A DNA stretch of 62,405 nt, filler included, from Chiloscyllium plagiosum (Eukaryota), in assembly GCF_004010195.1 (NCBI RefSeq). It is 5 parts of one record of this genome, joined end to end, with 100 filler letters (N's around TTAATTAATTAA, not from the genome) between each part and the next. Parts side by side here need not be neighbours in the genome. Positions count along the whole stretch, not along the records: positions 23,372 to 44,608 come from NC_057717.1; positions 44,709 to 54,189 come from NC_057717.1; 3 more parts are not named here. One strand, given 5' to 3'. Below are positions 35,579 through 49,129 of this stretch, piece by piece. How positions within the stretch are numbered: the stretch's first letter is position 1; the number at the start of each line of letters is the position of its first letter. The translations under genes were made by a program, and so were the position numbers. Under the pieces are notes generated by a model. It was not told the DNA's origin, ran no database searches, and was given only the letters and a program-made list of their open reading frames with translations.

Positions 35579-37169
35579 AGTGACACTCTTACATTTCCAA
35601 CACCAAACCAGCTGAGAGCCGCTTAGAGCCAACTACATCCCATCTTGCTTCAGGAATTCTAAGTAGCAAAGCGTTTCAATAACATCTCCTTCTCATTATG
35701 TGTCCCTGCACACTGGATAGTACTGTTTATCCCTTCCCCTTGAAGTGGGCTGTATCCATTGGTGAAGTATTCAGCCATTTCCCTCCACTTGCAGGGGGTG
35801 CTGTACTGGAATCAGTTAGGAATTAGAATCGGATTTGTCCACCAAAAACAATAATGATAATTCTGACAAATGCGAATCTAATCATATCCCCGTGACATTC
35901 AATATCATATTGTAACTGGACTCCCTCGTCTAATCGTCCAGGGAACAAGTATTTGTCAGAAACGGAACTTGATCAGCTATATAAATACTTTGACAACAAA
36001 AACAAATCCGTGGGTAGGCATTTTATGTGGTTATTAACTCAGCTCTTAAATCCGTGAAGCCTGCATGGTGATGCAAGGTGCAAATCAGATATGTAACAGG
36101 TCTTTCTCTCTCCATTTCCCTGGATGGGTGAAACTTAAATAACATTTAAGGAACTGGACACCCTTCACGATAATGCAATCACGTAACTGCACCCTAAACA
36201 GTAACTGCAATCATTACTCCCTTCAACGCTAAGGCGCAATTGCAGCAGAGTGCACACTTACACAACGCACTGGTGTCACTGAGCCAGGCTTTGTTGACAG
36301 AAGTTTCAAAGATCAACAACTGCACCGACGACAAAGACAAGGTGGGAAGATGCATGGAAACGCCATCATTTACAAGTTACCCTCCAAGGCATAGTGATCT
36401 GTGAATGTCCACTCCAACATCGCTTTGTGCTTCTAAACCACTCAGAATCCTCACTGTTGCTGTTTCCTCTTCCCAAATTCATTACCACTCATCACTCTTC
36501 ATTCAATGCCATTCATCATTTTCGCTTTCCACCTGTCTGATACATCTGTCCAGTCCCTGGCAATCGTCGTCACTGTCAACAACTCGACCAATTGTTGCAT
36601 CGCATTGCAACTTCTAAATTATGACTCCGAAAATAATTGTAAATTTTGATAAACATCAGAAAATGGTGGAACTCATCTGGAAACAGACGTCCAAGCATTG
36701 TTCATTGCTTAACAGTTGTAGTCACATCAGAATCGAACCCCTCCTGTTATTTATAAACTTGCAGGTGACTCTGCAGTTTTGTTTCCTGAGTGATTACTTC
36801 TCTCATATGGGAGTGGTGGACGGCCTGTCCGCAGTGTGACTGAGCAAGTGGGTAATTGCATCCTTTCCTTCAGTCCCCCCATTGCCTTGACTTCCGGGCG
36901 GCGTGGGTATCTTTGCGTCTGCAGGTTTATGCTGCTCATTTGAGTCAGTGGAGCATGTGCAGAGGCTGGCTGTTTAAAGGAACACTGACCTTCTCTGCTG
37001 TTGTCATTTAAAGGGATGGAGACATTGCGTGTGTGAGAGACTGTTGTTCACCTGGAGAGCAGGGAAATTAGATCCTGTGCAGACACTAATAATATAGATA
37101 GTTAGACACAGTTCTCAGTTCCTCCTGCAATCTTACTGCAATAATGACAGAGATAAACTTGTTTTACAG

Positions 37170-37950
37170 CGAAAGGATTCACAGATGGGAAATTCAGACT
37201 TTAAATCGATCTGAGAGTCACCCAATTCACCCAATATGGAAGGGGAAAACAGTAATCCCAGCCCTGAGAAACCATTCCCATGTTGTGCCAGTGGTCGAGG
37301 ATTTAAGCGGTCATGTGATCTGGGAAGACACCAATATGACAGTACCAGGGTGAGGCTGTGTAAATGTGGGGACTGTGGGAAGGAATTCACTTTCCCCTCC
37401 CATCGGGACACTCACCGACAGTCACACTGGGGAGAGGTCTGTCACCTGCCCCACGTATGGGAAGGGATTTATTTGATCTTACAATCTGCTAATGCACCGG
37501 AGAGGGAACAGAGGATTGAGACCCTTCACCTGCTCCATATGTGAGAAAGAATTCATTCAAATGTGCAGTGGAGATATCAGTGAATTCCCACTGGGGAGAG
37601 GCCATTCACCTGCTCCGTGTGTGGGAAAGGATTCACTCAGTCCTCTGACCTGCTGAAGCACCAGTGAGCCCACTCTGGGGAAAGGCCATTCACTTGTTCC
37701 CATGGTAGGGTGAGATTCACTCAAATGCCCCACCCGCTGAGAGCCCAGTGACCCTACACAGGGAAGAGGCCATTCAGATGGCCAGTGTGTGAGAAGGGAT
37801 TCAGTGATTCATCCCGCCTGGTGAGACCCCAGCGGGATCACACTGGGTAGGAGATATTTACCTCTCCATGTGACAAGGGATTTACTGAGTTTTCACAACG
37901 ACTGAAGGGAAGTGGTCATCCACCTGCGCTGTGTGGGGTAGAGTTCAGAC
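37170..37950 (+). pseudogene. C2H2 zinc-finger array pseudogene (about 8-9 degenerate fingers)
   Basis: Acceptor ttgttttacag ending 37169; CKCGDCGKEF; TGERPFTCSVCGKGFTQSSDLLKHQ*AHSGERPFTC; several stops and frameshifts. Confidence 0.9.
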
Positions 37951-38174
37951 ATCACTGCAGGACTCTGATTCTGCAGTTATTGTTCATCAGAGTCAGGACT
38001 GGACCTTGTACAAGATGAAAATGTTGGAGTATTGATGTTTGGATTGTTAATGACATTAACTGGGCTGGTGTTGACTAAATTTATAATCACTATATTCTGA
38101 ACCTCAGGATGTCTCTCTGTGCAATAAGTCTCCACAAACAGCAATGTGACAATGTTTTAATTTAAATTGTGATT

Positions 38175-38495
38175 GTAGCACTGCCGCTTCACAGCACCAG
38201 GTACAAGGTTGGAGTCCAGCCTTGGTAGACTGCCTGCGTAAAGTTTGCACATTCCCGTATGATAGTGTGTGCCCTCTCCAGGTGCTCTGGTTTCCTCCCA
38301 CAGTCCAATGAAATGGTTAGGTGGATCGGTCGTACTAAATTGTACAATGTTCAGGAATGTGCAGACGAGGTGGATCATCCATAAGAAATGCAGTGTCACA
38401 GGATGGAGTGCTCTGGGTGGTATGTTCTTCGGATAGTAGGTGGGATTTTATGGGCCATTGCTTTCCTTCCACACTGTTGGGATTCTATTCCATGA
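38175..38495 (+). mobile_element. HE1/V-SINE-like SINE
   Basis: tagcactgccgcttcacagcaccagg..agtttgcacattcc..ggtgctctggtttcctcccacagtccaa. Confidence 0.8.
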
Positions 38496-40333
38496 TTGAG
38501 GATAAAGGCTACACAGTGGGATGTCCCGAGAGAAGGAGTATGTGGTGTGTATCAATGCTCTCGATGCCTTTAGATAGAGGTGGGCACCGCAGGGGATATA
38601 GTGCTTTATCTCCACCGTTGCCCCCTCACCCCCAACTCTACTTTGATTTCGTCCTTTCCTACACTGTCACTTGGATTGGTTTGCTTTGCCGACATAGGCT
38701 TTCTTTGCTTACATGGGTGTTTACTGCTGGTGATTATATATTAAGCAAAGGCAAAACGGCGGAGTGATGATTTTGATGGTTGGACAGTTGCCCAGCTGTG
38801 TGTGATAATACTTCTGGGTAGGAGAAATGGGGAAAAAATTAACGCTTCACAGCTCACAGAAGGAGAGCTGAAAAGCAGTTAAATCAAACCAAAGGTTCAG
38901 ATAGGGAAGGAATATTTCCCTGAAGTTTGAGTAACTGGAGAGTGATGGCGTCCGCGAGTAGACAGGATTTTGTTTTACAGGGCGTTTGAAATTTTAAAAC
39001 TATTATATTCAGATAGATTTCCTTTATTTTCTTTAATTTTATTTATTGTGGAATAAACATTTACAATATTTTAAAACCAAATGCACAAACCTTCTGTTAA
39101 AGACAAAAGTTAAATAAAATCCACTAAACCATCACTCACTGATGTGGAAGTGTAATCTCCTGGAGAATCCCTGCCCTGCCCACTTCTTCCTATCTCGGCT
39201 CCATGGCTACATACATTCCTGGGAGAGAGCAGCAGGAGAAGACCATTCGGCCTTTCGATATTGCTCCACCCTTCAATGGGAAACAGCTGATCATCCAGCT
39301 CAGTCTCCTGTTGTGCTGTGCTCCAATCCCCTTTCATGACATTATCTCGAGAAACTATATCTAAGTCCTCCTTTGGCTTCACTGCCTTTTGTTCCAGTGA
39401 TGTTGCTGTGATACTGTGTGGGTGTAGGCAGGGGTAATGTGATGGTTCTGCCTCCTGGAGGATGCAGTCACAATCCCTCATCATCCTGCAATAACATCAA
39501 CTGGGTTTCAGCAATTCGAGATAGAAACCATTTCCAGGATATGGGCATCACTGGCTCAGACCGTTTATTCCCCATCTCTAAATACGCTGTAGAAGATGGT
39601 AGTGAGCTGCTGTCTTGAACCATTCGCAGTCCATTTGGCGCAGATAGACCGACAATGCTGTGAGGGAGAGTATTGCAGGATTTTGGCCGAGTGATTCTTT
39701 AACTTTGGTTCTTCGAATGCTTAATAATATAATAAAGATCTGCACATGATTTTGAGATTTCAGTCTGCAAATATTCACCACCTATCACCCTGTATAAAGT
39801 TTAAATACAGATTAGAAATTCAGAACAGACAATTCTCGTTTCTCTGTAATATCTTTTTCCCATTTCTCCAAAGCCGTTACCCTCCAGCCCACATAATCTC
39901 TTCCACCATTCTGCCTCTGCTGTCTCTAATGTATCCCCTCCCCATTCTCATGGAGTTACCGGTAAACAGATCCATGCCACCACTTCCAGTCCCTGGTTAG
40001 ACTCTGCATTCTTTCTGGGTTCACTTCCTTTCCCTTCAGTGGCTGTAGTTCAATAATGTAACAGCAGAATGAAACAAAAGGAAACAGAAAGGGAGGCGGC
40101 AGATCCTGGACAGAAGAGGAACCTTCAGTCTGGGAGAATGGGTCAGATCCTTCTTTGTTTCCCATTGTTCGATTCCCAGTGTTACGTCAAGTTGGGGATG
40201 GAACTTGGTCCCATGTGGGAGCAGTGACACTTTGACCACCAACCGATTAATACTACAAGCAGATACGTTCCTCCTCCAGCCAATCGCACTGTGAAATGTT
40301 TTCCGCTGGTTACTCAAAACACATACTCGAAAA

Positions 40334-40410
40334 CCCGCCCACATTCTGTACATGTGCAGTGCCAGGTTTGCCCACACACGTGTGGTCTCTTGCTCAGGGA
40401 GTTGTAGTCC
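40334..40410. promoter_or_regulatory. Decayed housekeeping-type promoter motifs
   Basis: GC box 40334-40340; TGTACATGTGCA (eroded NRF1-like) 40347-40358; GGGAGTTGTAGTCC (reverse ACTACAnnTCCC, ZNF143/THAP11-type) 40397-40410. Confidence 0.4.
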
Positions 40411-40627
40411 CCATGAAGCACTGGAGCCCTGTCTCTAGAAAGTGAATGGAAAGTGTGGGCTGGAGGATGTTGTGTATAGGATACCCATTCAGACACGCAG
40501 GACATGTGGGTTGTTACTGGGTTTTACTGAGACATCTGGTTAGACAACCCAATTTCTGATGTAAGGAGCATAGATTCATCCAATGTTCGTGTGGAGAGGT
40601 TAATAAGGGGTAGCAGATTTTAAGCAG

Positions 40628-40965
40628 AGGTGGCTTAGAGGTGGCTGGCACAGCTGCCTCACAGCGGCAGAGACCTGGGTTTGATTCCAGCCAGAGGCGA
40701 CTGTGTAGAGTTTACACGTTCTCCCCATGTGTACGTGGGTTTATTCTGGGTGATCCAGTTTCCTACCACAGTATCAAGATGTGCAGGTTAAGTGGATTGC
40801 CCATGCTAAATTGCCCACAGTGTCCATACATTTGCAGGTTAGGCCATTAGCCATGGGAAACTCAGGGTTACTGGAATGGGTGGGTCTGAATGGGATGCTC
40901 ATCAAAGGGTTGGTGTGGAATCGATGGATGAATACCCTGTTTCTGCATAATAGGGACCCTATTCT
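40628..40965 (+). mobile_element. HE1/V-SINE-like SINE
   Basis: gctgcctcacagcggcagagacctgggtttgattcc..gagtttacacgttctcccc..gatgtgcaggtta..ccatgctaaattgccc. Confidence 0.85.
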
Positions 40966-43789
40966 GTTTTCATGAGGCAGAATGTACCTATCTCGATATG
41001 ATTTGAATTTATGGAATTCCCAATTTAAAATGCAGTGCATGCCAGGACAATGAAAAAATTTAATGAAGAGATACAGATGCTTAATTTGCAATGCGTTGAA
41101 GGGTGAGAGAGAGCAGGCGGGAAAATCCAGCTGAGACCGAGGTGAGCTCCATCATCACCGTATTAAATGGTGGAGCTGGTTCGAAGGGCTGCATTGTCTC
41201 TCCTGTGCCCAGTGCTTATCTTCTTACAGTAATAACTGGAAAGCTGAATCCAAAACTCACCACCTTCACCAAAAGAGATTTACAGAAAATGCAGGATAGC
41301 CAGGTGGATTAGCGTTCCAAACTTAGATGCTGGGAAAGCATGCAGGAGACAATGATTTAGCAATTTTACACTCAGGGGAGGCAGTGATTTATGGACTGAG
41401 ACTGTGCAGTACATTCACACCGTCCAGCATACTCTGTTGTGATTATCTATCCTACACTTTATTACAAAGCCAAGGTCTCTGATAATGAAAACCAAAACAC
41501 TCAGGAAACATCGCCTCATATCGTAATCTGATAAAAGATTTGTGATAAGTCTGTTTGAATTTAGAACAAGATGGAAAGCGGGAAGATTAAATCCAATCCC
41601 AAGACCCTGTGCTTAAACAAAGGAGACTACAATAGAATGAGGTAGGAATTGGCTAATGCAGACTGGAAGCAAAGACTTTAAGGTGGGACAGTTGACAGAC
41701 AGTGGAGAAATATCAAAGTATTTATTTCAAACAGCTCAGCAATAATATATGCAAGTGAAAAGGGAGGACTGTAGGAAATGTAGTAATCTGCCATGGGTGG
41801 CTAAGGAAATAAGGGAGTCTATCAACTCGAAATAGAAGGCATACAAATTGGCAAAGACCAGAGAGAAAATAGGAATTAAGAAAAATCTTTAAAGATCAAC
41901 AGAAAGCTTTATGGGATTGGGGATTGACAGTGATGAATCGCTATCCACAGGGTCAGACTAGCAGTTTACACTGCTAGAGGGGAACCTATTGTAGGGGGAA
42001 TATATGACCTCTGTAATTGTTGAAGTACTTAACTGAAGAAGTCTGTCACCGTAGAGATAATCCTGCTAAGTTAAAAATCAGGCCTGCTCTGAAAGCTAGT
42101 GCTTCCAAATAAACCTGTTGGACTGTAACCTTGTGTTGTGTGATTTATAACTTTGTCCAGCCCACTCCACCACTGGCTCCTCCACATTAGAATCCTGACA
42201 GACAACCCCACTGAAACTGAAGCGCCTGTCAGGTACTTGAGTGAGCCAGAGGGGTGTTGGGGAGGGGTGTGTTGTTTAAACACAAAGTGCTGAATTGAAC
42301 TAGACTTTTTAAACTGCCGTTACCATGTAGATAATCCTGATAAACAGCTTCCAATCAAAGCCACAAACCACGCTAACATGGACTTGGCTTTGTCTCAGTA
42401 ATTTTTTCCAATCACACTGACATTTGAAATATTCGCCCACGGATAGAATACACATTTCTTGCTCCCTCAAAGATTTAAATCTCAGTCTCACAATTTTTCT
42501 CTTCTGTTAACTGAAGACCAAACCAATCTCCTCACTTCTTTCCTCCACACAGAGTTCTCACCCTCTCTCTCCTCTCTTTGAATTCAGTTTCCTCGCTCCT
42601 GTTTGCAGACTAAGAAACAACTCAAATGAGTCCGACTTGCAGGCTCCCGGTGTTGTGAATCCTCCCCCCACCATCTCAGGGTTTCCTTCCTGGTCAGAAC
42701 CACGTTGGGGAAAAATCAATCTGGAACCTCTTATTTGTGTTCCCCTCCCCACCCTCGGATGAGAACCATCCTGAACACACTGGCCAAATCATATCTGGTT
42801 GAACTATAATGAACCGAATTAGAACTCCAAACGCAGCCCTATCCTTGACTTTTTCCATAATAATCATGAATCTTCACAAGAATTCTGATAACTTTCTGCA
42901 AATTGCTCTCCCATTGAGACTTCGACGACTTGTCCCTATACCAGGAGAGGGGCCATTCCCCGGGTCCTGTTCTCAGAGGGAGGAAGGGAGGGATCTGCCA
43001 ATGACAGATTAATCCCACACACCCACAGCCTCACTCCCTGGCACTGACCCGTACTGAACAAGCGCCAAGAATTGGCCAGCACTTTGCCCGTGCCCTGGTC
43101 TCCCCTCCGACAGCATATGCTCTAGATCACACAGGAGGCTGGGTGGTTGACAGCAGCTGCTGCCTAATAGAGTGGAGGTGGCGGGGCTGGACGACGAGGA
43201 CAATGGGTTTGTAAACAATGAACGAATGTGGAGGACACTGGGGGATGGGCAGGTCAGGAAGGGACAGATGAGTGCAGCAGCAGGAGGGGATCCTAGGCAA
43301 ACTGAGCAATGGGAGAGTCTGACAGGAGAGAAACGACAGGAAGGTTCTGTTCGGAAGCAGGGACAGCTGGGAGACAGTATGGCCTGGAGGCTTGGGCATG
43401 TTTTCTAATCAGCCTCTTCAAAGATGCTGTTACTCAACTCTGAACCCGATCCTCCTGATCCAGAGGTAAGGACACTTCCACCATTTCCTGGTGGGCTAGT
43501 GGAAAGAAGGGAAGATTTTCTCAATCGCACTCAACTGGAAACTCCATGAGCTCCTCCCACTTATTGTCTACGGTGGGGATGGAGGAGACAAAGCAGATGG
43601 GAGTGGGTGAGGGATATAAGAACTGCTTTTCAAATGGAACTAACCCGTGTTGGTGATATTAATAAGAGTCAATGCACAGTCACTGACACAAAGCTGGTGT
43701 ATGTAACTTTATCGAGAATATTAACACCGATAACCTAGTAACACCTGAGCAGACACCAATGTACAGACTTAAGTCCTGTATATTAATAA

Positions 43790-44608
43790 CAGCTTTGCTC
43801 GTAGAAAATCATGTCTCATGAACTGGACTGAGTTTACTGAAGCAGTAACAAAGAGGATTGCTAAGCGACGAGCAGTGGACATGAACGACATTGACTTAAA
43901 TAATGCTTTCAACAAGGTTCCTCATGGAAGACTGGTTAGCAATGTTAGATCTCATAGAATACAGGGAGAACTCACCACTTGAATGCAGAACTGGATCAAA
44001 GGTAGAAGGCACAGGGTGGTGCCGGGGGAATGCTTTTCAGGCTGGAAGCGTGTGACCAGTGGAGTGCCACAGGGATCGGTGCTGGATCCACTACTTTTCG
44101 TCATTTAAAACAAGGATTTGAATGTGAACATAAGAGGTATTGTTAGTAAGTTTGCAGGTGACACCAAAATTGGAGGTATGGTGGAAAGTGAAAAAGGTTA
44201 CCTCAAAGTACAAGGGGATCTCAATCAGATAGAATATAGAACATGGAAAAATACAGCGCAGAACACGCCCTTCGGCCCTCGATGTTGCGCCGACCTGTGG
44301 ACTTTTCTCAGCTCGTCCCCCTACACTATCCCAAAATCATCCATGAGCTTACCTAAGGATTGTTTAAAACTCCCTAATGTGGCTAAGGTGACTACCTTAG
44401 CAGGTAGGATAGTGAAGACGACAGTTGATCTGCTTTCCTTTACTGGTCAGAGAATTGAGTTTCGGGTTGGGAGTTCATATTACGGCTGTACAGGACATTG
44501 ATTAGGCAACATTTGGAACATGACATGCAATTCTGGTCTCCTTCCGATCGGAAGGATGTTCTCAAACTTGAAAGGGGTCAGAAAATAATTACAAGGATAT
44601 TGCCAGTG
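43790..44608 (+). mobile_element. CR1 RT fragment with a nested opposite-strand CR1 3' end at about 44229-44405
   Basis: GVPQGSVLDPLLFVI; SKFAGDTKIGG; insert begins atagaatatagaacat..cccttcggccctcgatgttgcgccg. Confidence 0.85.
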
Positions 44609-44739
44609 NNNNNNNNNNNNNNNNNNNNNNNNNNNNNNNNNNNNNNNNNNNNTTAATTAATTAANNNNNNNNNNNNNNNNNNNNNNNNNNNNNNNNNNNN
44701 NNNNNNNNTAGAGCGCACGGCGGGGGGGGGGGGGGGGGA

Positions 44740-45860
44740 GAGATATGCTATAACAGATATACAGTGAGTGTGAGGGAGCAGAGAGTATACAGTGACCCTT
44801 ATCCTGACAGAACGGGGAAGGTTATTGATGCTTGCCCTGTATTGCTGGACATTTCCTCAGACCGCAGATACTGCACTAAGCTGGGTGGTGAGCTCAGACC
44901 AAGCTCGGTGGGACTGGTGGTGTTGCCCCCTCTGGGAAGAGAATGGTCTCCCTCTGTACTAGCCCAATCACCAGGACCTCCGTGCCCCAGTCCACAAACT
45001 GTGGTGTAATTGCCCCTTATCTGCCATGCTCGGGGTAAACTGTGAAGGGCAGCTCCAAACTGAGAAAGCTTAACCTTGTGCCCATTGGCCTTTTAAAGAT
45101 GGCACCCGTGCCAGGGGTCACGGAATATCCGGGGCATCCGGGTGATGGTGAGTCCCTCCAGTCATGACGGGTGGGAGAATCGGGCTAGTATTGAATGAGA
45201 AGAACGCCATGGGTTGGGCTGGGTAGTTAATGAGGTGAGTCCGATAAGATAGCACCAGTAAACTAGCTCAGCCTCGTACAGACAATCCCTTTGTCACACT
45301 CAAGGAAAATGGCACTGAGAGAAATTATTGTTAGAATCTGCCCAATGAGTGTTGGACTCTGTTGAAATCAGTCCCATTTACAAAGCTGTAGAACAAATGT
45401 TCATCCAAAACTCTCCATCATTTCACCTCACACAAATATCCCTTTTTCCCATCTTTCCTAGGAAGACTGGCTCATGTTACAGGATGCCATCGAAGTGTCT
45501 ACATTTCAGCATTCTGAAACCTGGGAACACAGCCTTCCATGACACTGTCTCTCAGTCTCCCCCTCTCTGTCTATCCCCCAAAACCTTCCCATTTGGTGAT
45601 ATTTAAACTGATTCCACCACGATCTCTCTCTGGCAGTGATGTTCACACCCACATCAGCCCCTTGTCATAGCACAATGGAGATATGAAGCTGTAAATGGAT
45701 GGGAGCTGTACATGCTGTCACTTCCAGCATGGGCAGCAAGTTTCCCCACGCTGGTCAGGGATCTAACACAGTGTTACTAAGCAATGCACTGGGGGGCGAT
45801 GTGCACAGTCCTACATGCTGGGAGGGTAAATGATCCTGGTTTACAGATCAATGCACTGGG
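44740..45860 (-). repeat. Unclassified dispersed module, copy B (longest; holds a single 65-bp unit)
   Basis: Reverse complement of 22153-22980, 60069-60834 and 11535-11975. Confidence 0.85.
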
Positions 45861-45867
45861 CTGGTGA

Positions 45868-47190
45868 ACCCTCTCTCTCTCTCTCTGTCACTCTCTCTCG
45901 CTCTCTGTCCCTCTCTCGCTCTCTCTTTGTTCCTCCCCGCTCTCTCTGTCCCTCTCTCTCTGTATCCCTCTCCCTCTCTGTGTCCCTCTCTCTCTTTCTG
46001 TCTCCCTCCCTGTGTCCCTCTCTCCCTCTCTGTCTCTCTGTCCCTCTCCCTCCCTCTCTCTGTGTCCCTTTCTCTCTCTGTCCCTCTGCCTCTCTGTCCC
46101 TCAGTCTCTGTCTCCCTCTCTCTCTCTCTCTGTCCTTCTCTCTGTCTCTGACGCTCTGTCTTTCTCTCACACTTGCCGTCTCCCTGTCTCTCTTTGCCCA
46201 TCTTTTTCCTATCCCCCTTCTTCATCCCCACTCTCTTGATCACTCTCTCTTTTTCTCACCCTGCCTTTCTGTTTTTCGTTATTTCAGACCTGAAAGATCT
46301 CACCCAGTGTTGTACCCCCCTCAAAAATACTATGCCCCTCATTTTCACTATCTCCCAAATTTATCCCCTTCCCAAAATATCTTCCCTCCCAAATAATTGC
46401 CTCACCAACTGTGCCCCCTCAAATATTTTGCTGCCCCCAACATTGCTGTGAGCCCCACTCCCTGGGGCAGAGGGAGTTGAGTGGTAAAGTGTGGAGCTGG
46501 AAAAGCCCAGCAGGTCAGGCCTGAACCATCGACTNNNNNNNNNNNNNNNNNNNNNNNNNNNNNNNNNNNNNNNNNNNNNNNNNNNNNNNNNNNNNNNNNN
46601 NNNNNNNNNNNNNNNNNNNNNNNNNNNNNNNNNNNNNNNNNNNNNNNNNNNGTCCCTCGCTGTGTGTCTCGCTGTCCCCCTCTCTATCTCTCTGTGTCCC
46701 CCTCTCTCTCGCTGTGTCCCTCTCTCTCTTTGCCTCTCCCTCTCTGTCCCTTCCTCCCTCTCTGTGTCCCTTTCTCTTTCTGTCACTCTTTGTCTCTGTC
46801 CCTCTCTCTCTGTATCCCTCTCTCTCTGTCCCTCTTTGTCTCTGTCCCCCTCTCTCTCTCTGTGTGTGTGTCTCTCACTGTTCCTCTATCGATCTCTCTC
46901 TGTCCCTCTCTCTGTCCCCCTTTCTGTCTCTGTCCTTCTCACTCTCTGTCTTTCTCTGTGTCCCTCTCTCGATCTCTCTCTGTCCCGCTCTCTGTCTCTG
47001 TCTTTCTCTCTGTCCCTCTCGCCCTCTCTCTCTGTCCCTCTCTCTCTCACTGTGTCCCTCTCTCTGTCCCTCTCTCTCTGTCCCTCTCTCTGTCTGTCTC
47101 TGTCTCTCTGCCCCCTCTCTCTTGCTCTGTCCCTCTGTCCCTTTCTCTCTCTCGGTCCCTCTGTCTCTCTGTCCCCCTCTCTCTGTGCTG
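45868..47190. repeat. CT-rich low-complexity tracts (TCTCTGTCCC-like) flanking a gap
   Basis: Polypyrimidine repeats at 45868-46260 and 46652-47190. Confidence 0.95.
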
Positions 47191-48249
47191 CACTCAAATG
47201 TCTGAAGGACAAGGATTCCCCAATCAAAGACGCAGAGTTAAACTCAGTTAAAACTCTCTCCATCACACACACCCACACATAGAACCTGAATATAATGTGG
47301 AGAAATGTCCATGTGCAACACAGATTTCCGAACTAACTCAGAGGCAGATTAAAATCCCCGTTCTCTGCCCAGTCCCCACTTCCAGACCCAGGGACGTTTT
47401 GTCCCTGACCCAGGGCAGGTTTCTGACTGGATATTATGACAATGTCATCTACTTTGCTGTCAGTGTTTTGTGAATTATATTGAAAACATTGGCAGGAGCA
47501 AGAGAATATTCTGTAAGGTTATTTGCAGTAAGAATAGATAAAGCACAATGTTTATGTTTAAGATGGTGAGAAATTCTGAAAAGTTATTGTCTAGGGGGTT
47601 TGGCTGATCATGCACATCAACATCATAAAGTTAACATGATGGTACACAACTTTACTGACTCCCCACGGTCCTAGTTTGAGGACTATCCTCCTCTGTTTTC
47701 CCCTTTCACTCAAGATATTGATATAGCTTTTATACTGCACTGCCATTCTGGTTACAGTGCTGCCTATCTCTCACTGTCTCATTTATCTTCAATCCTGTTG
47801 AAAGATACTTAAACCAACAGACACACAAAGTACCAGTAAGAATTTTGTTTGATTGCAGGTGCATTTTTTTTTTTATTATTTGTAGACAACACACAATGTG
47901 AACCCACAGAAGATCATTGTGCGATTTCAGAAACCCTTCAATTTGGGATGAGGCCTAGCCAGGCAGGATTGTGATCCAATGCTGTAAATCTACAATTCAG
48001 TGGCTGAGCTCTATCAGGTTTTGTATATTATGTTTCTCTCATATATTAGGAGCTTGTAAAGTAAGGCAGACCTTACTGGAATGTAACATTGTCTCTCCGC
48101 ATTCACTGTAAACAGTTTCTGGGATTTGCATTTTAATCACCTTCAAAGAGCTGTCTCCATTTCCTTTATCTGATAGCATCAATAAATGGAAATGGCTTTT
48201 GACACGTTGCCCCCTCTCCCTTGCTGAAAGTATTCCTGATACGCCCGTT

Positions 48250-48850
48250 CACATACCACACTCTGAGTCAACAAGTTGCCCCTTAGGTCTCTTTCATATC
48301 TTTCCGCTCTCACACTAAACCTATGCCCTCTAGTTCTGGACTCCACCACCCTTAGGAACATACTTTGTCTATCTATCCTATCCATGGCCGTCATGATTTT
48401 ATAAACCTCGATAAGGTCACCCCTGAGCCTCTGATGCTCCAGGCAATACAGCCCCAGCCTATTTAGACTCTCCCTGCAGCTGAAATCCTCTAAACCTGGC
48501 AAACTCCTTGTAAATCTTTTCTGAACCCTTTCAAGTTTCACAACATCCTTCCAATAGGACGGAGACCAGCATTGCACGCCATATTCCAACAGTGGCCTAA
48601 CCCATGTCTAGTCCAGCCGCAACATGACCTCTTAATGCCTATACTCAAAACTCTGACGAATAAAGGAAAGCATACCAAACGCTGCCTTGATTATCTTATA
48701 CAGTTGCCACTCTACTTTCACGGAGCTACGAACTTCAAAGTCTCTGTTCAGCAACTCTCCCTCCGACCTGACCATTCAGTGTATAAGTCCTGCTCAAATT
48801 TGCTTTCCCAAAATGCAGCACCTTGTGTTTATCTAAATTAAACTCCATCA
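48250..48850 (-). mobile_element. CR1 ORF2 C-terminal fragment
   Basis: KLERVQKRFTRSLPGL; RLRGDLIEVYKIM. Confidence 0.9.
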
Positions 48851-49129
48851 AGTGGAATAGAATTGAAGGTTTTGGGGTGTTTTTGAAACATGCCAGTCAC
48901 ACATACATGGAAGTGAGTTACACTTTGGAATCTAATCGAGGGGTTCCAGGTGATTCATGTAATCCCGACAGTGGGGAAACAAGCCCTTCAGCCCAACAAG
49001 AGCACACTGTTCCTCAGAAGAAAAATCCATCCAGACCCATTTCCCTACATTTACCCCTGACGAATGCACCTCACATACACACCCCTGAACACTATGGGAA
49101 ATTTTAACAGGGTTTGGATTGGATGGTTA

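Noticed and set aside
43172..43408. 78-aa purine-rich ORF
   Set aside because: No ATG start, domain or splice support that I can identify
45830..47282. SL-rich and RE-rich ORFs
   Set aside because: Translations of CT/GA low-complexity DNA
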